Position numbers and translations under genes: made by a program. From Collinsella sp. (lineage in GTDB: Bacteria; Actinomycetota; Coriobacteriia; Coriobacteriales; Coriobacteriaceae), in assembly GCA_019414055.1 (NCBI GenBank), contig DXMV01000025.1, positions 41,295-105,294 on the forward strand: a stretch of 64,000 nt of DNA, read 5' to 3'. This document shows positions 19,354 through 29,571 of this stretch, one piece after another; within the stretch, counting starts at the first letter, position 1, and each line of letters opens with the position of its first letter. Under the pieces are notes generated by a model that ran no database searches, was not told where the DNA came from, and saw only the letters and a program-made list of their open reading frames with translations.

Positions 19354-20733
19354 TTAATGCACAAACATGCGCACGAACTTGTGCTTCCAGTTCGCGTAAG
19401 GAGCATAGCGGAATGGCACGTCCAGCCACGTTGCCTTGTTCACGATGCTCTTCTTGTGGCTAAACGTATCGAAGCTCTCGCGGCCATGGTACTGACCCAT
19501 ACCGCTCGCTCCCATGCCGCCAAAGCCCATATGGCTCGTAGCCAAGTGCATAATCGTGTCGTTAACGCAGCCGCCGCCAAAGGGCACGTAGCGCACAAAG
19601 CGCTGCTGAACCTCACGGTCCTGGCTAAAGATATACAGGGCCAGCGGCGTCGGACGATCCGTAATAAACGTCTCGGCCTCGTCTAGGCTCTCAAACGTCA
19701 GCACCGGCAAGATGGGGCCGAAAATCTCCTCCTGCATCACGGCGTCATCGAGGGACACGCCGTCCAAAATCGTCGGCTCGATCTTGAGCGAAGCCTCGCG
19801 CGCGGCGCCTCCAAGCACGACCTTATCGGGATCGATCAGTCCGCGCACGCGCGCAAAGTGCTTGGCGTTGACGATATGCCCGTAATCCTCGTTGTCAAGC
19901 GGATGCTCGCCAAACATACGATGGACTTCCTCCTTGATGAGGCCCAGCAGCTCGTCGTGCACGCGCGCATCGACCAGCAGATAGTCGGGCGCCACGCAGG
20001 TCTGCCCCACGTTGAGCCATTTGCCAAAGGCGATGCGCCGTGCCGCAACCTTCAAGTTTGCCGTCGCGTCCACGATGCAGGGGCTCTTTCCGCCCAGCTC
20101 AAGCGTCACGGGCGTAAGGTTTTTACTTGCGCGCTCCATGACGAGCTTGCCGACCGGAACGCTGCCGGTAAAGAAGATCTTGTCCCAGCGCTCATCGAGC
20201 AGCGCTTCGTTCTCGGCGCGCCCGCCCTCGACAACCGTCACCAGGCGCGGATCAAATGCCTCTTCGCAGATTTGCTTGAGCACCGCGCTCGATGCCGGAG
20301 CATAGGCGCTCGGTTTGATGACCACGGTATTGCCCGCGGCAAGGGCGCCAGCGAGCGGCTCGAGCGTTAGCAAAAACGGATAGTTCCATGGAGCCATGAT
20401 GAGCGTGACTCCGTAGGGCACGGCTTGCGTCTTGCACACGCTTACGGCGTTGGCGAGGTCACACGGGCGCAGAAGCGGGCGGCTCCATCGAGCCACATGC
20501 GCAATCTGATGACGAATCTCGGAAAGCGATGTGCCGATCTCGCACATATAGGCCTCGTCGTGCGACTTGCCCAAATCGGTCTTGAGCGCATGGGCGATAT
20601 CGGCCTCGTGCGCCCGTACTGCATTGCGCAAACTCACGAGCGCGCGACGGCGAGCGTCGACATCAAACGTGACGTGCGTCTTAAAGTAGGCGCGCTGATC
20701 GCCGACGATGCGCGCAATTTCCTCGGTGTTCAT
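19354..20733 (-). CDS. Aldehyde dehydrogenase
   Basis: PWNYP, FTGS, LELGGKSP, GQTCVAPDY, EEIFGP. Confidence 0.92.
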   Translation of the reverse strand: MNTEEIARIVGDQRAYFKTHVTFDVDARRRALVSLRNAVRAHEADIAHALKTDLGKSHDEAYMCEIGTSLSEIRHQIAHVARWSRPLLRPCDLANAVSVCKTQAVPYGVTLIMAPWNYPFLLTLEPLAGALAAGNTVVIKPSAYAPASSAVLKQICEEAFDPRLVTVVEGGRAENEALLDERWDKIFFTGSVPVGKLVMERASKNLTPVTLELGGKSPCIVDATANLKVAARRIAFGKWLNVGQTCVAPDYLLVDARVHDELLGLIKEEVHRMFGEHPLDNEDYGHIVNAKHFARVRGLIDPDKVVLGGAAREASLKIEPTILDGVSLDDAVMQEEIFGPILPVLTFESLDEAETFITDRPTPLALYIFSQDREVQQRFVRYVPFGGGCVNDTIMHLATSHMGFGGMGASGMGQYHGRESFDTFSHKKSIVNKATWLDVPFRYAPYANWKHKFVRMFVH

Positions 20734-20741
20734 GAGCCCTC

Positions 20742-21962
20742 CTAGTTCTCGTCCTCAAACATACCACCCGCAACGACCTCGTACATATGCTCGAGCTCCA
20801 AACGGTCCATTAAAAGCGGAACGGGGTACAGGGGATTGGCCTCGGCATCGGCATGCGTCGCCATCTCAGGAATGTCGGAGCGGCGAATGCCTGAAACATA
20901 TCTGGGGATTCCCAGGGTCTCGTTCATGCGGTCGACCCAATCGATAAAGGCCTCGGCCGCCAGGCTGTCCTGCGCGTTAGCCGGCGCGATACCGGCCATG
21001 CGGGCGAGATCGGCAAGCTTGGGAGCGGCAGCGTCACCATAAGCGCGAAGCATGTGCGGCAGGATGATCGCGTTGGCCAAACCGTGTGGAATTCCGTATC
21101 GGCCGCCCAGACTGTGCGCGATGGCATGCACATATCCAACATAGGAGCGCGTAAAGGCAACACCCGCCTTATACGCCGCCGAAAGCATATTGCGGCGCGC
21201 ACGCATGTTACCGCCATGCTCATAGGCCTCCAGCAAATTGTCGTGGATGAGCTGAACCGCCTGACGCGCCATCTTGCGCGTGTAGGACGTGGTGCTACGG
21301 CCGATAAAGGCCTCGACAGCATGCGTCAGGGCATCCATACCCGTCTGCCCCGTAATGGACGCCGGCAACCCACGCGTAAACTCGGGGTCGTGCACCGCAA
21401 AACGTGGGATGAGTACAAAGTCGTTAATGGGGTACTTGTAGTGCGTCTCGTCATCGGTAATTACCGCCGCAAGCGTGACCTCGCTTCCCGTGCCTGCTGT
21501 GGTGGGAACGGCGATGAGCAGCGGCAGGCGACGATGAATGCGCAGCAGGCCGCGCATCTTATTGATGGGCTTGTTTGGCTGCGCGATGCGTGCCCCCACG
21601 CCCTTGGCGCAGTCCATGGCCGAACCGCCGCCAAAACCAATAATGGCCTGGCAGGCGTTCTCTCGATACAGGGACGCTGCTTCCTCCACATTCGAGACCG
21701 TGGGGTTCGCACGTGTTTCGGCATAGACCGCAGCGCTAATTCCCTTGGACGCGAGCGCTGTCTCGAGCGGTGCCGTGAGCCCCAGACGGGCAATGCCGGG
21801 ATCTGTCACGATAAGAACATGCTGTATTGAACGCTTTTGAAGCACTGCGGGCACTTCCTCAGCGTGCTCTAAAATGTGTGGCTCGGTATAGGGCAGCACC
21901 GGCAATGCGATGCGAAAAACCGTTTGATACGTTCGGCACCAGGCGCGGCGGGCTAGATGCAT
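20742..21962 (-). CDS. Iron-containing alcohol dehydrogenase
   Basis: GGGSAMD, PTTAGTGSEVT, DALTHAVE, HAIAH, HG motifs. Confidence 0.92.
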   Translation of the reverse strand: MHLARRAWCRTYQTVFRIALPVLPYTEPHILEHAEEVPAVLQKRSIQHVLIVTDPGIARLGLTAPLETALASKGISAAVYAETRANPTVSNVEEAASLYRENACQAIIGFGGGSAMDCAKGVGARIAQPNKPINKMRGLLRIHRRLPLLIAVPTTAGTGSEVTLAAVITDDETHYKYPINDFVLIPRFAVHDPEFTRGLPASITGQTGMDALTHAVEAFIGRSTTSYTRKMARQAVQLIHDNLLEAYEHGGNMRARRNMLSAAYKAGVAFTRSYVGYVHAIAHSLGGRYGIPHGLANAIILPHMLRAYGDAAAPKLADLARMAGIAPANAQDSLAAEAFIDWVDRMNETLGIPRYVSGIRRSDIPEMATHADAEANPLYPVPLLMDRLELEHMYEVVAGGMFEDEN

Positions 21963-21979
21963 AAAGGAAACTCCTTCAT

Positions 21980-22061
21980 TTGTTGATAGGTCAACATTTG
22001 CTCGACCGATTGTACTCATCGGCGTCCGTATATGGCTTGCCAATCGTTAATCAATCAACAT
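21980..22061. promoter_or_regulatory. Two Rex-box-like palindromes upstream of adh-aldh
   Basis: TTGTTGA-TAGG-TCAACAT (21980-21997) and TCGTTAA-TCAA-TCAACAT (22044-22061). Confidence 0.45.
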
Positions 22062-22218
22062 CTTCACATGCATAAATTGTTTTATTAAAAATCATTCCTA
22101 ATAGGCTTCACATTTGGTTGCATTTATGGATAATAGTACCCGTCAAGACGCACGTCCGGAGAGGGCCCTTACGGGACCGGACGAGCGCACCATCGCCATC
22201 GATCGAAAGGATCGAATT

Positions 22219-22779
22219 ATGAAGTTTGTTTGCCCCGTTTGCGGTTATGTGGAAGAGTTCGACGGCGACCAGCTGCCCGAGGACTTCAAGTGCCCCCAGT
22301 GCGGCGTTCCCGGTTCTCGTTTCCTGAAGCAGGAGGAGGGCCAGCTCGAGTGGGCTGCCGAGCACGTCGTGGGCGTCGCCAAGATGGAGGGCGTCTCCGA
22401 GGACATCGTTGCTGACCTGCGCGCCAACTTTGAGGGCGAGTGCTCCGAGGTCGGTATGTACCTGGCCATGGCTCGCGTCGCTCATCGCGAGGGCTATCCC
22501 GAGATCGGCCTGTACTGGGAGAAGGCCGCCCACGAGGAGGCAGAGCATGCCGCCAAGTTCGCTGAGCTCCTGGGCGAGGTCGTGACCGACTCCACCAAGA
22601 AGAACCTCGAAATGCGCGTTGAAGCCGAGAATGGCGCCACCGCCGGCAAGACCGATCTTGCCAAGCGTGCCAAGGCCGCTGGTCTCGATGCCATCCACGA
22701 CACCGTGCACGAGATGGCTCGCGACGAAGCTCGCCACGGCAAGGCTTTCGCCGGTCTGCTCAAGCGCTACTTTGGCTAA
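22219..22779 (+). CDS. Reverse rubrerythrin / NADH peroxidase
   Basis: N-terminal CPVC...CPQC rubredoxin motif then a ferritin-like domain with EAEH and EARH. Confidence 0.9.
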   Translation: MKFVCPVCGYVEEFDGDQLPEDFKCPQCGVPGSRFLKQEEGQLEWAAEHVVGVAKMEGVSEDIVADLRANFEGECSEVGMYLAMARVAHREGYPEIGLYWEKAAHEEAEHAAKFAELLGEVVTDSTKKNLEMRVEAENGATAGKTDLAKRAKAAGLDAIHDTVHEMARDEARHGKAFAGLLKRYFG

Positions 22780-22812
22780 GCCAACCGCCTGAGAGATAAT
22801 CTCTAGCTCGAT

Positions 22813-22843
22813 GAGGCCCGGACCGCATGGTTCGGGCCTTTTT
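22813..22843 (+). terminator. Intrinsic terminator
   Basis: AGGCCCGGACC-GCAT-GGTTCGGGCCT followed by a T run. Confidence 0.7.
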
Positions 22844-22908
22844 GTGTCTCGAGGACTCGTTAACGCTCTGAAATAGGACCGCCTTCGGCATCGGTTTCTC
22901 GTCAAAAA

Positions 22909-23031
22909 CTAAGTGAGTAGACTTTTTGGAACTTGCCGAGCACACCATCCATATTGCTTTATAAAGCCGCAGGTAAATGACTTGTTGCAAAACGGCCCGG
23001 TCGCCAAAGCGCCAAAAGTCTACTCACTTAG
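22909..23031. repeat. 123-bp element with 18-bp terminal inverted repeats, copy 1
   Basis: CTAAGTGAGTAGACTTTT...AAAAGTCTACTCACTTAG; colinear with 24329-24451. Confidence 0.9.
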
Positions 23032-24153
23032 AACCGCAGCCGTCCACGATCGAGCTGTTTTGTGTCTAACGGGCATCTTTCCGTCGATTACTCCCAATTT
23101 TGTCCAGTCAACGAATAGTTCAGACCGGAGTAATGTCTCAGCCCTTTGCTCATCTGAGCTTTTATCACGATATTCAGCATCGAGCATCCTGCATACGGCC
23201 TTAACGATCGCGCGGAATCTATCCTCATCGGATATCTGTCTGTGTGTCAGGAGAAGTACATCGTAGCCCATGGCCTGAAGGGCCGTCATGCGGTCAGCGT
23301 CACGCAAGCCATCTCCTGCGCGTCCGTGCGAGGCCTTTCCCTGACATTCAATGGCCACCTGTTGCCTGCCGTCCGGCGAAGACAGAAGTAGGTCGATATA
23401 TACACGGGACTTTCCCACAATCGCTCGAGCACTTGTGCTTAGCGTCACTTCGACATTGAGCTCTATGCCGCAAAAACCTTCACCTCCCAGGGATCGCGGC
23501 AGTCCAAGCAACAAATACGCCTCGACCTCAAAAGGCGACGCGGCGCCCAATGGAACGAGCTGCGTTACCGCCATAAATCTATTGCCGTAACGCATCCCGC
23601 AAACATCTGAACAAAAACGGTCAAGGTCTCTGCCCAAAACCAAAGCGTCTCGACGCCATAAATTTGAAGCGGTACCGTCCTCGGACGGGCAGCGCACCCA
23701 ACCGAACGTTGTCGAAATCGCGCCCGAATCAATTGCACGCGTAAGCTCCGCCTCAAGTGCCGCCGGCAGAGCGCACACCGCAAACAAGCCACACATCTCC
23801 GCCAATACCAAAAGAAGCTGAAGATCCGTCAGATGCCGCGACATAATGAATGCCGTCAGTAGAGGAGACGTAACCAAAAACCCATGCTCCGTTTCCAGCA
23901 CGGATTCCCTGGGGAGCTCACCAAGGAACAGCCGCTGCCTAATGCTGGCAGGGCAAGTCCGTTTGTTTCTCGACCGAACCAATGTATACAACGGAAAACC
24001 GAGCGCGACCGCAGCCGTCGGGTTGCGGGCGAGATCATATCGCTGCCGGTCTTCTTCCGGTCGTGGAAGCGGCGGACACAAAGCGCGGACTTGAGGAGGC
24101 AAACGCCAGTACCTAAAAGCTGATATGTCACAAAGTAGATCCTTCATAGGCAC
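23020..24153 (-). CDS. Hypothetical protein with a C-terminal DUF559/Vsr-like endonuclease domain
   Basis: SPFE motif then IDL...AIECQGKASH...DADRMTALQAMGYDV; codon usage looks less GC-biased than neighbours. Confidence 0.7.
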   Translation of the reverse strand: MPMKDLLCDISAFRYWRLPPQVRALCPPLPRPEEDRQRYDLARNPTAAVALGFPLYTLVRSRNKRTCPASIRQRLFLGELPRESVLETEHGFLVTSPLLTAFIMSRHLTDLQLLLVLAEMCGLFAVCALPAALEAELTRAIDSGAISTTFGWVRCPSEDGTASNLWRRDALVLGRDLDRFCSDVCGMRYGNRFMAVTQLVPLGAASPFEVEAYLLLGLPRSLGGEGFCGIELNVEVTLSTSARAIVGKSRVYIDLLLSSPDGRQQVAIECQGKASHGRAGDGLRDADRMTALQAMGYDVLLLTHRQISDEDRFRAIVKAVCRMLDAEYRDKSSDEQRAETLLRSELFVDWTKLGVIDGKMPVRHKTARSWTAAVLSE

Positions 24154-24328
24154 AGGAAAACACGAATTTCAACCCAGTCAGTCACGCATTGGCGCGAACG
24201 CACCAAAAATGGCGCCGAACGGACTGCCAAGTTTTCAACAGCCCTCCCCAACTGGCCAAAAGCTTGCCGAGAGCTGGACGAAGCCCTGTTGAAAACCCCA
24301 TTTTTTTCTCATGCAGGAGCTTTGCGCG

Positions 24329-24451
24329 GCAAGTGAGTAGACTTTTTTGAACATCCCGAGCAGGCCGGTCATCCTGCTTTTCAAAACCGCAGGTAGATAG
24401 CTTGTTACAAAACTGCCTGGTCGCCAAAGTGCTAAAAGTCTACTCACTTAG
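24329..24451. repeat. 123-bp element with terminal inverted repeats, copy 2
   Basis: AAGTGAGTAGACTTTT...AAAAGTCTACTCACTTAG, 1420 bp from copy 1 in the same orientation. Confidence 0.9.
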
Positions 24452-25879
24452 GTTGCAGAGTGCCCCCATTAGCTGCAATTCCAAGGTAGTTAGTACTTTT
24501 GGACTCAGATCGTCATACTGAACAAGAATTTGAGTTGAGTTTTCAGGGACAGATGCGCCATCGGCACACCAAAAACAGTCACCGATATCGATAAAAGGGA
24601 TGCTCGAGCGCGTGAGGGCCCGTGCAAAAGAGCTTCCGCCCGCGTCACGCTCCACGGCCACGACGCAGTAAAGGCCCGCGTCTGCATGATCGATCGAAAC
24701 CTCCCCTGCCGGAAACGTTTTCCGTACAAGCGCCGCCAGGCCATCACGCGCCCCACGAGCACGAACGCGCACGCGGTTCACATGTCGCTCGTAATCACCC
24801 GATTCCAGCAAACGCGCCAAGGCAACCTGATCAACAGAACTTACCGACGAGGCGTAGAAACCAAGGTTGCGTTTAAACCTCTCCATTAGTTCATCGGGCA
24901 GCACCATGTACGCCAAACGTAACGCCGATGAAAGGCTCTTCGAAAACGTGTTGGTGTAGATAACCGACTGGGCGGCATCGATCGACGCGAGCGCGGGAAT
25001 CGGCTTGCCGGCAAGGCGAAACTCACAATCAAAGTCATCTTCGATGAGATACCGACCTGGCCGCTCGGCGGCCCAGCTCAGCAGGGCATAGCGACGCGCA
25101 ATGCTCGTCACAAGGCCGGTCGGATATTGGTGAGACGGCATCAGGTGAAGGACATCCGCCCCGGTTTTCTGCAGAGCACTCAAGTCCACGCCTTCACCGT
25201 CCAACGGGATATGACGCACTTCGCAACCCATAGCCTGATAGATGCGCGTCAGGCGCAGATAGCCCGGATCCTCAACGGCATACACCTTGTCGGCTCCAAG
25301 CAACTGAACCAACATGGTATCGAGCAGCTGGGCGCCCGCACCGATAACAATGTTGTTGGGGTCGACATTCATACCCCTCGTCCCGCGTAGATGGTGCGCA
25401 ATCGCACGTCGCAGCCGAGCGGTGCCCTGCGCCGGCGCGGGCGAAAAGATTTCGCGCTCGTCCTCGGATGCCAGCGTCGCCCGTAGCGCGCTTTGCCAAA
25501 GCCGCGCCGCCTCCAAAGCAGAAGGAGAAAGCGCATCGAATCGCTCGACCTGTCCGTTGACATCATGCACGCTGGGGCCCACAGAGACGGCATCTCGGTC
25601 GATGCCCTCCGCAGCCGAAGCCAAAACTGGTGCATCCGGAAGCTCGCAAGCGTAGTAGCCACGACGTGGCATTGAGCAAATATAGCCCTCAGCGAGTAAC
25701 TGGCTATATGCATTCTCAATGGTAATAACACTGATTCCCAGATGACTGGCAAAGGCGCGCTTGGACGGCAGATGCTCCCCCGCCGTAATGCGTCCAGCTA
25801 CGATATCATCTCGGATTTGCTGGTAAACATACTCATAGAGCGATGCTTCGCCGCGTTTTTCCAAATTGTAGTCAAGCAT
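24440..25879 (-). CDS. pdxR: MocR/GabR-type PLP-dependent GntR regulator
   Basis: GntR HTH (LPSKR...AYSQLLAEGY) plus aminotransferase fold (HQYPTG, IEDDFD, TFSKSL); divergent from pdxST. Confidence 0.85.
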   Translation of the reverse strand: MLDYNLEKRGEASLYEYVYQQIRDDIVAGRITAGEHLPSKRAFASHLGISVITIENAYSQLLAEGYICSMPRRGYYACELPDAPVLASAAEGIDRDAVSVGPSVHDVNGQVERFDALSPSALEAARLWQSALRATLASEDEREIFSPAPAQGTARLRRAIAHHLRGTRGMNVDPNNIVIGAGAQLLDTMLVQLLGADKVYAVEDPGYLRLTRIYQAMGCEVRHIPLDGEGVDLSALQKTGADVLHLMPSHQYPTGLVTSIARRYALLSWAAERPGRYLIEDDFDCEFRLAGKPIPALASIDAAQSVIYTNTFSKSLSSALRLAYMVLPDELMERFKRNLGFYASSVSSVDQVALARLLESGDYERHVNRVRVRARGARDGLAALVRKTFPAGEVSIDHADAGLYCVVAVERDAGGSSFARALTRSSIPFIDIGDCFWCADGASVPENSTQILVQYDDLSPKVLTTLELQLMGALCNLSE

Positions 25880-25890
25880 GAGTTTGTCAC

Positions 25891-25934
25891 CTGACCTTAT
25901 CGAGCTGTTCAATCTGGTATTAAGCTGACCTTAT
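25891..25934. promoter_or_regulatory. PdxR operator (direct repeats)
   Basis: CTGACCTTAT at 25891 and 25925 between the divergent pdxR and pdxS. Confidence 0.65.
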
Positions 25935-26024
25935 TATTATCTCGAAAACTGAGTATTTTGCCATGCCCAGCTCCCCGATAGGATTTTCCGTCAAGCAATG
26001 CACATGCCAACCAAGGGAGCAACC

Positions 26025-26915
26025 ATGGCAGAACAGACCAGCAAGGCAGATCGCGTCAAACTCAATCGCGAACTCGCGCAGATGCTCAAGGGCGGCGTCA
26101 TCATGGACGTCACCACGCCCGAGCAGGCACGTATCGCCGAGGAGGCAGGCGCCTGCGCCGTCATGGCTCTCGAGCGCATCCCGGCCGACATCCGCGCCGC
26201 CGGCGGCGTGTCGCGCATGAGTGACCCCAAGATGATCAAGGGCATTCAAGAGGCCGTCTCCATCCCCGTCATGGCCAAGTGCCGCATCGGTCACATCGTC
26301 GAGGCGCAGGTCCTTCAGGCCATCGAGATCGACTACATCGATGAGTCCGAGGTTCTCTCCCCCGCCGACGATGTCTACCACATCGATAAGACCCAGTTTG
26401 ACGTCCCGTTTGTCTGCGGTGCCCGCGATCTGGGCGAAGCGTTGCGACGTGTTGCCGAGGGCGCCACAATGATTCGCACCAAGGGCGAGCCGGGCACGGG
26501 CGACGTCGTCCAAGCCGTGCGCCACATGCGCAAGATTCAAAAGCAGATCCGTGACGTTGTTGCCCTGCGCGACGACGAGCTCTTTGAGGCAGCCAAGCAA
26601 CTGCAGGTTCCGGTCGAGCTGGTGCGCGAGGTCCATGCCACGGGTAAGCTTCCCGTCGTGAACTTTGCCGCCGGCGGCGTAGCGACCCCCGCCGACGCCG
26701 CGCTGATGATGCAGCTGGGCGCCGAGGGCGTCTTTGTTGGCTCGGGCATCTTTAAGAGCGGCGATCCCGCCAAGCGCGCAGCCGCCATCGTCAAGGCCGT
26801 GGCAAACTTCACCGATGCCAAACTCATCGCTGAGCTTTCGGAGGACCTGGGCGAGGCTATGGTGGGCATCAACGCCGACGAGATCGAGATCATCATGGAG
26901 GAGCGCGGACGCTAG
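26025..26915 (+). CDS. pdxS: PLP synthase lyase subunit
   Basis: [40 protein letters not shown]. Confidence 0.97.
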   Translation: MAEQTSKADRVKLNRELAQMLKGGVIMDVTTPEQARIAEEAGACAVMALERIPADIRAAGGVSRMSDPKMIKGIQEAVSIPVMAKCRIGHIVEAQVLQAIEIDYIDESEVLSPADDVYHIDKTQFDVPFVCGARDLGEALRRVAEGATMIRTKGEPGTGDVVQAVRHMRKIQKQIRDVVALRDDELFEAAKQLQVPVELVREVHATGKLPVVNFAAGGVATPADAALMMQLGAEGVFVGSGIFKSGDPAKRAAAIVKAVANFTDAKLIAELSEDLGEAMVGINADEIEIIMEERGR

Positions 26916-26935
26916 TCCGGCAGAAAGGATCGCAC

Positions 26936-27523
26936 ATGAGTGATTACGCAGACCAGACGGTCGCCGTGCTGGCGATCCAAGGTGCTTTTGCCGAGCACGA
27001 AGCGAGGCTGTCCGAGCTGGGCGCACGTTGTATTGAGCTGAGGCAGGCGGCTGATTTGAAGCAGGACTTTGACCGTCTGGTACTTCCCGGCGGCGAGTCT
27101 ACCGTTCAAGGGAAACTGCTTGATGAGTTGGGCATGCTCGAGGAGCTTCGTGCCCGCATCGCTGAAGGCATGCCCGTCCTGGGCACCTGCGCCGGCCTGA
27201 TTCTGCTGGCGCGCGACCTTGCCGCCCATGACGATAAGGGCACGCCGCGTTTGGCAACCATGGATGTACTTGTCGAGCGCAATGCCTACGGCAGGCAGCT
27301 CGGCAGCTTTCGAACCAAAGGGCAAGTAGCCGGCATCGACGGTGAAGCGCCGCTGACGTTTATCCGCGCACCCCGCATCGTCGAGGTCCACGGCGACGCC
27401 AAGGCCCTGGCCGAAGTCGATGGCTGCATCGTCGCTGCCCGCCAGGGCAACCAGCTCGGCGTAACCTTCCACCCCGAACTCGATGAAGACACCCGCCTCC
27501 ACGATCTGTTCCTACAAATGTAG
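26936..27523 (+). CDS. pdxT: PLP synthase glutaminase subunit
   Basis: LAIQGAF, PGGEST, GTCAG, RNAYGRQ, FHPE. Confidence 0.95.
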   Translation: MSDYADQTVAVLAIQGAFAEHEARLSELGARCIELRQAADLKQDFDRLVLPGGESTVQGKLLDELGMLEELRARIAEGMPVLGTCAGLILLARDLAAHDDKGTPRLATMDVLVERNAYGRQLGSFRTKGQVAGIDGEAPLTFIRAPRIVEVHGDAKALAEVDGCIVAARQGNQLGVTFHPELDEDTRLHDLFLQM

Positions 27524-27563
27524 ACAGAGTAGAAACGAGCGTGGATTTTCGGACACATAACAA

Positions 27564-27631
27564 ATGAGAGTGGATAATCTCCCACTTTGAGCTTGAATGC
27601 AGGCTCAAACCGGGAGATTATCCACTCTCAT
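27564..27631. repeat. Long near-perfect hairpin (68 bp)
   Basis: ATGAGAGTGGATAATCTCCC..TTTGAGC...GCTCAAA..GGGAGATTATCCACTCTCAT. Confidence 0.8.
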
Positions 27632-27737
27632 GCTATGTAGTCGTTTAAGAACGTCCCCAATGACTACCTTGGATCATGGCAACGCCGATGTTTTGGCAAC
27701 GCCAGCGAGCGCCGCCCAGGGCGAACAAGTTGGCATG

Positions 27738-27779
27738 AAAAAGGCAAGGCATAGACCTTCTGGTCATGCCTTGCCTTTT
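27738..27779. terminator. Bidirectional terminator-like hairpin
   Basis: AAAAGGCAAGGCAT...ATGCCTTGCCTTTT. Confidence 0.65.
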
Positions 27780-27850
27780 GAATGACAAATTGTCGCCCTG
27801 GGTGGCGCGCAGCGTCAACTAGTTACGCGGTTCGTAGAACCGCGTAACCC

Positions 27851-28762
27851 CTAGAAACGGTTGCCGCGGAAGCCGCCACCGTTGCGGCCGCCACGGTCGC
27901 CACCGCGACCGCCGCGATCGTTACCACGGTTGCCGCCGAAGCCGCCGCGGCTGCCACCGCGATCACCATAGCCACCACGGTTGCCGCCAAAGCCGCCGCG
28001 ACCGCCACGGTCGCCGCCACGGTCACCAAAGCCGCCACGGCCACCGCGATCGCCACCGCGACCGCCGCGGTCGCCGCCACGGCCACCGCGATCGCCAAAG
28101 CCGCCGCGACCGCCACGGTCGCCGCCACGGCCACCGCGCTCGTCACGGCCGCCGCGAGGACCGCGGTCCTCGTCCAGGCCCATGGCGACGAGCGGAGCGA
28201 TGACCTTATCGAGAGCAGCCATCAGCTCGGTGGCCTCCTCGTAAGAAAGCTCGGGCAGGAGCTTCTCCTTCTTGTTGGCAAGCTCGACCAGGCCCTCAGC
28301 GGCATCCTCGGCAGCAAAGACGACGATCTTGCGCATATCGCCCTCAGCGTCGTCGATGCGGCCGACCAGGTCGGCAGCCTCGGCCTCGGCCATCAGACCA
28401 TCGAGCTCACGAAGGCGCATACCCAGCAGGTCGGACATTTCCTTCTGCTCCATCTTGGGCTTGAGGTCAAGAAGCTTGATGGCGCGCTCGATGTTCGCCA
28501 TGCGCTCGGCCTTGGCCTCCTCCTCCTTGGAAATAGCAAAGCGACGGCTGCGCAGCAGGCGGGCGGCCTTCTGCATCTTGTCCATCAGCTCTTCGTCATC
28601 GTAATCAACGGCGGCCTCGACAACCTCGGCCTCCTCCTCGGCGGAAACCTCGTCAGCAGCCTCAACCTCGGCAGCTTCGGTCTCCACGGTCTCGACTGCC
28701 TCAACCTCGGCAGCCATGGTCTCGTTCTCGGTCTCGTTCATGATCTCTTCGTTCTCAGACAT
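27851..28762 (-). CDS. Hypothetical protein: acidic N-terminus, MarR-like wHTH core, RGG-repeat tail
   Basis: AAGGAG RBS; Glu/Ala-rich first ~55 aa; MEQKEMSDLLGMR helix; ~100 aa of GGRGGDR/GGRGGFG repeats. Confidence 0.8.
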   Translation of the reverse strand: MSENEEIMNETENETMAAEVEAVETVETEAAEVEAADEVSAEEEAEVVEAAVDYDDEELMDKMQKAARLLRSRRFAISKEEEAKAERMANIERAIKLLDLKPKMEQKEMSDLLGMRLRELDGLMAEAEAADLVGRIDDAEGDMRKIVVFAAEDAAEGLVELANKKEKLLPELSYEEATELMAALDKVIAPLVAMGLDEDRGPRGGRDERGGRGGDRGGRGGFGDRGGRGGDRGGRGGDRGGRGGFGDRGGDRGGRGGFGGNRGGYGDRGGSRGGFGGNRGNDRGGRGGDRGGRNGGGFRGNRF

Positions 28763-28977
28763 GAGACTCCTTCTTGGCCCTCTCGGACATCATCGCCCCA
28801 TTCGCGGGGCCCGTCGCGCACTCTTTGCGCTTTAAACATTCATGCCTCTCGGCAAAACGTCCATTAGTTTATGGTGTCGCCATCCAATCTAGCTGCAGAA
28901 TCTATGTGCACACATTAATGCGACATGTCGCGGTTATCATGGCCTGAACCAAACGTGTCCACCCTAAGGAGCCCGCC

Positions 28978-29388
28978 ATGATTAAGCCCATCATGAAATC
29001 CGAGTTCTTTTTGCGCCTGCCTTCCGAAGACGCGGGCCCCGATGACGCCGTGACCGGGCAAGACCTCCTGGATACGCTCCACGAGCATGAGCACGAGTGC
29101 GTGGGCCTCGCCGCCAACATGATCGGCGTGCGCAAACGCATCATCTGCGTAAAGGACGGCAGCAAGTCGCTGCTCATGTACAACCCGCAAATTCTTGAGC
29201 AGGTCAATTCCTATCAGACGAGCGAAGGATGCCTCTCGCTGACCGGCGAGCGTCCCTGCACCCGCTATCGCCGCATTAAGGTTGAGTATTTGGACGAAAA
29301 CTTCGTCCACCGCATCAAAAACTTCTCGGGCTACACCGCCGAGATCATCCAACACGAAATCGATCATTGCTGCGGAATCGTTATTTAG
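28978..29388 (+). CDS. def: Peptide deformylase (short type)
   Basis: GLAANMIG, EGCLS, QHEIDH. Confidence 0.85.
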   Translation: MIKPIMKSEFFLRLPSEDAGPDDAVTGQDLLDTLHEHEHECVGLAANMIGVRKRIICVKDGSKSLLMYNPQILEQVNSYQTSEGCLSLTGERPCTRYRRIKVEYLDENFVHRIKNFSGYTAEIIQHEIDHCCGIVI

Positions 29389-29571
29389 ACAGCCAGGGTA
29401 ACGATGCAGGTTGAGCACACGACAGCGAGCGAGCCGCATTTGCGCCAAGGTGACGCGAAATGAGAGGGCGCTGACCTTCTGGTCGCGCCCTCGAAATTGA
29501 ATGTCAGATTGGCGTGAATGCGGCTCGCGCAGCGTCAAGCGGTCCGCCGTTCGGTAGAACGGCGGAACCAA

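Noticed and set aside
22080..22105. PerR/Fur box upstream of rubrerythrin
   Set aside because: AT-rich imperfect palindrome that is plausible but too weak to call by eye
27855..28165. Tandem GC-rich repeats as a CRISPR array or VNTR element
   Set aside because: They encode the RGG tail; no unique spacers or cas genes
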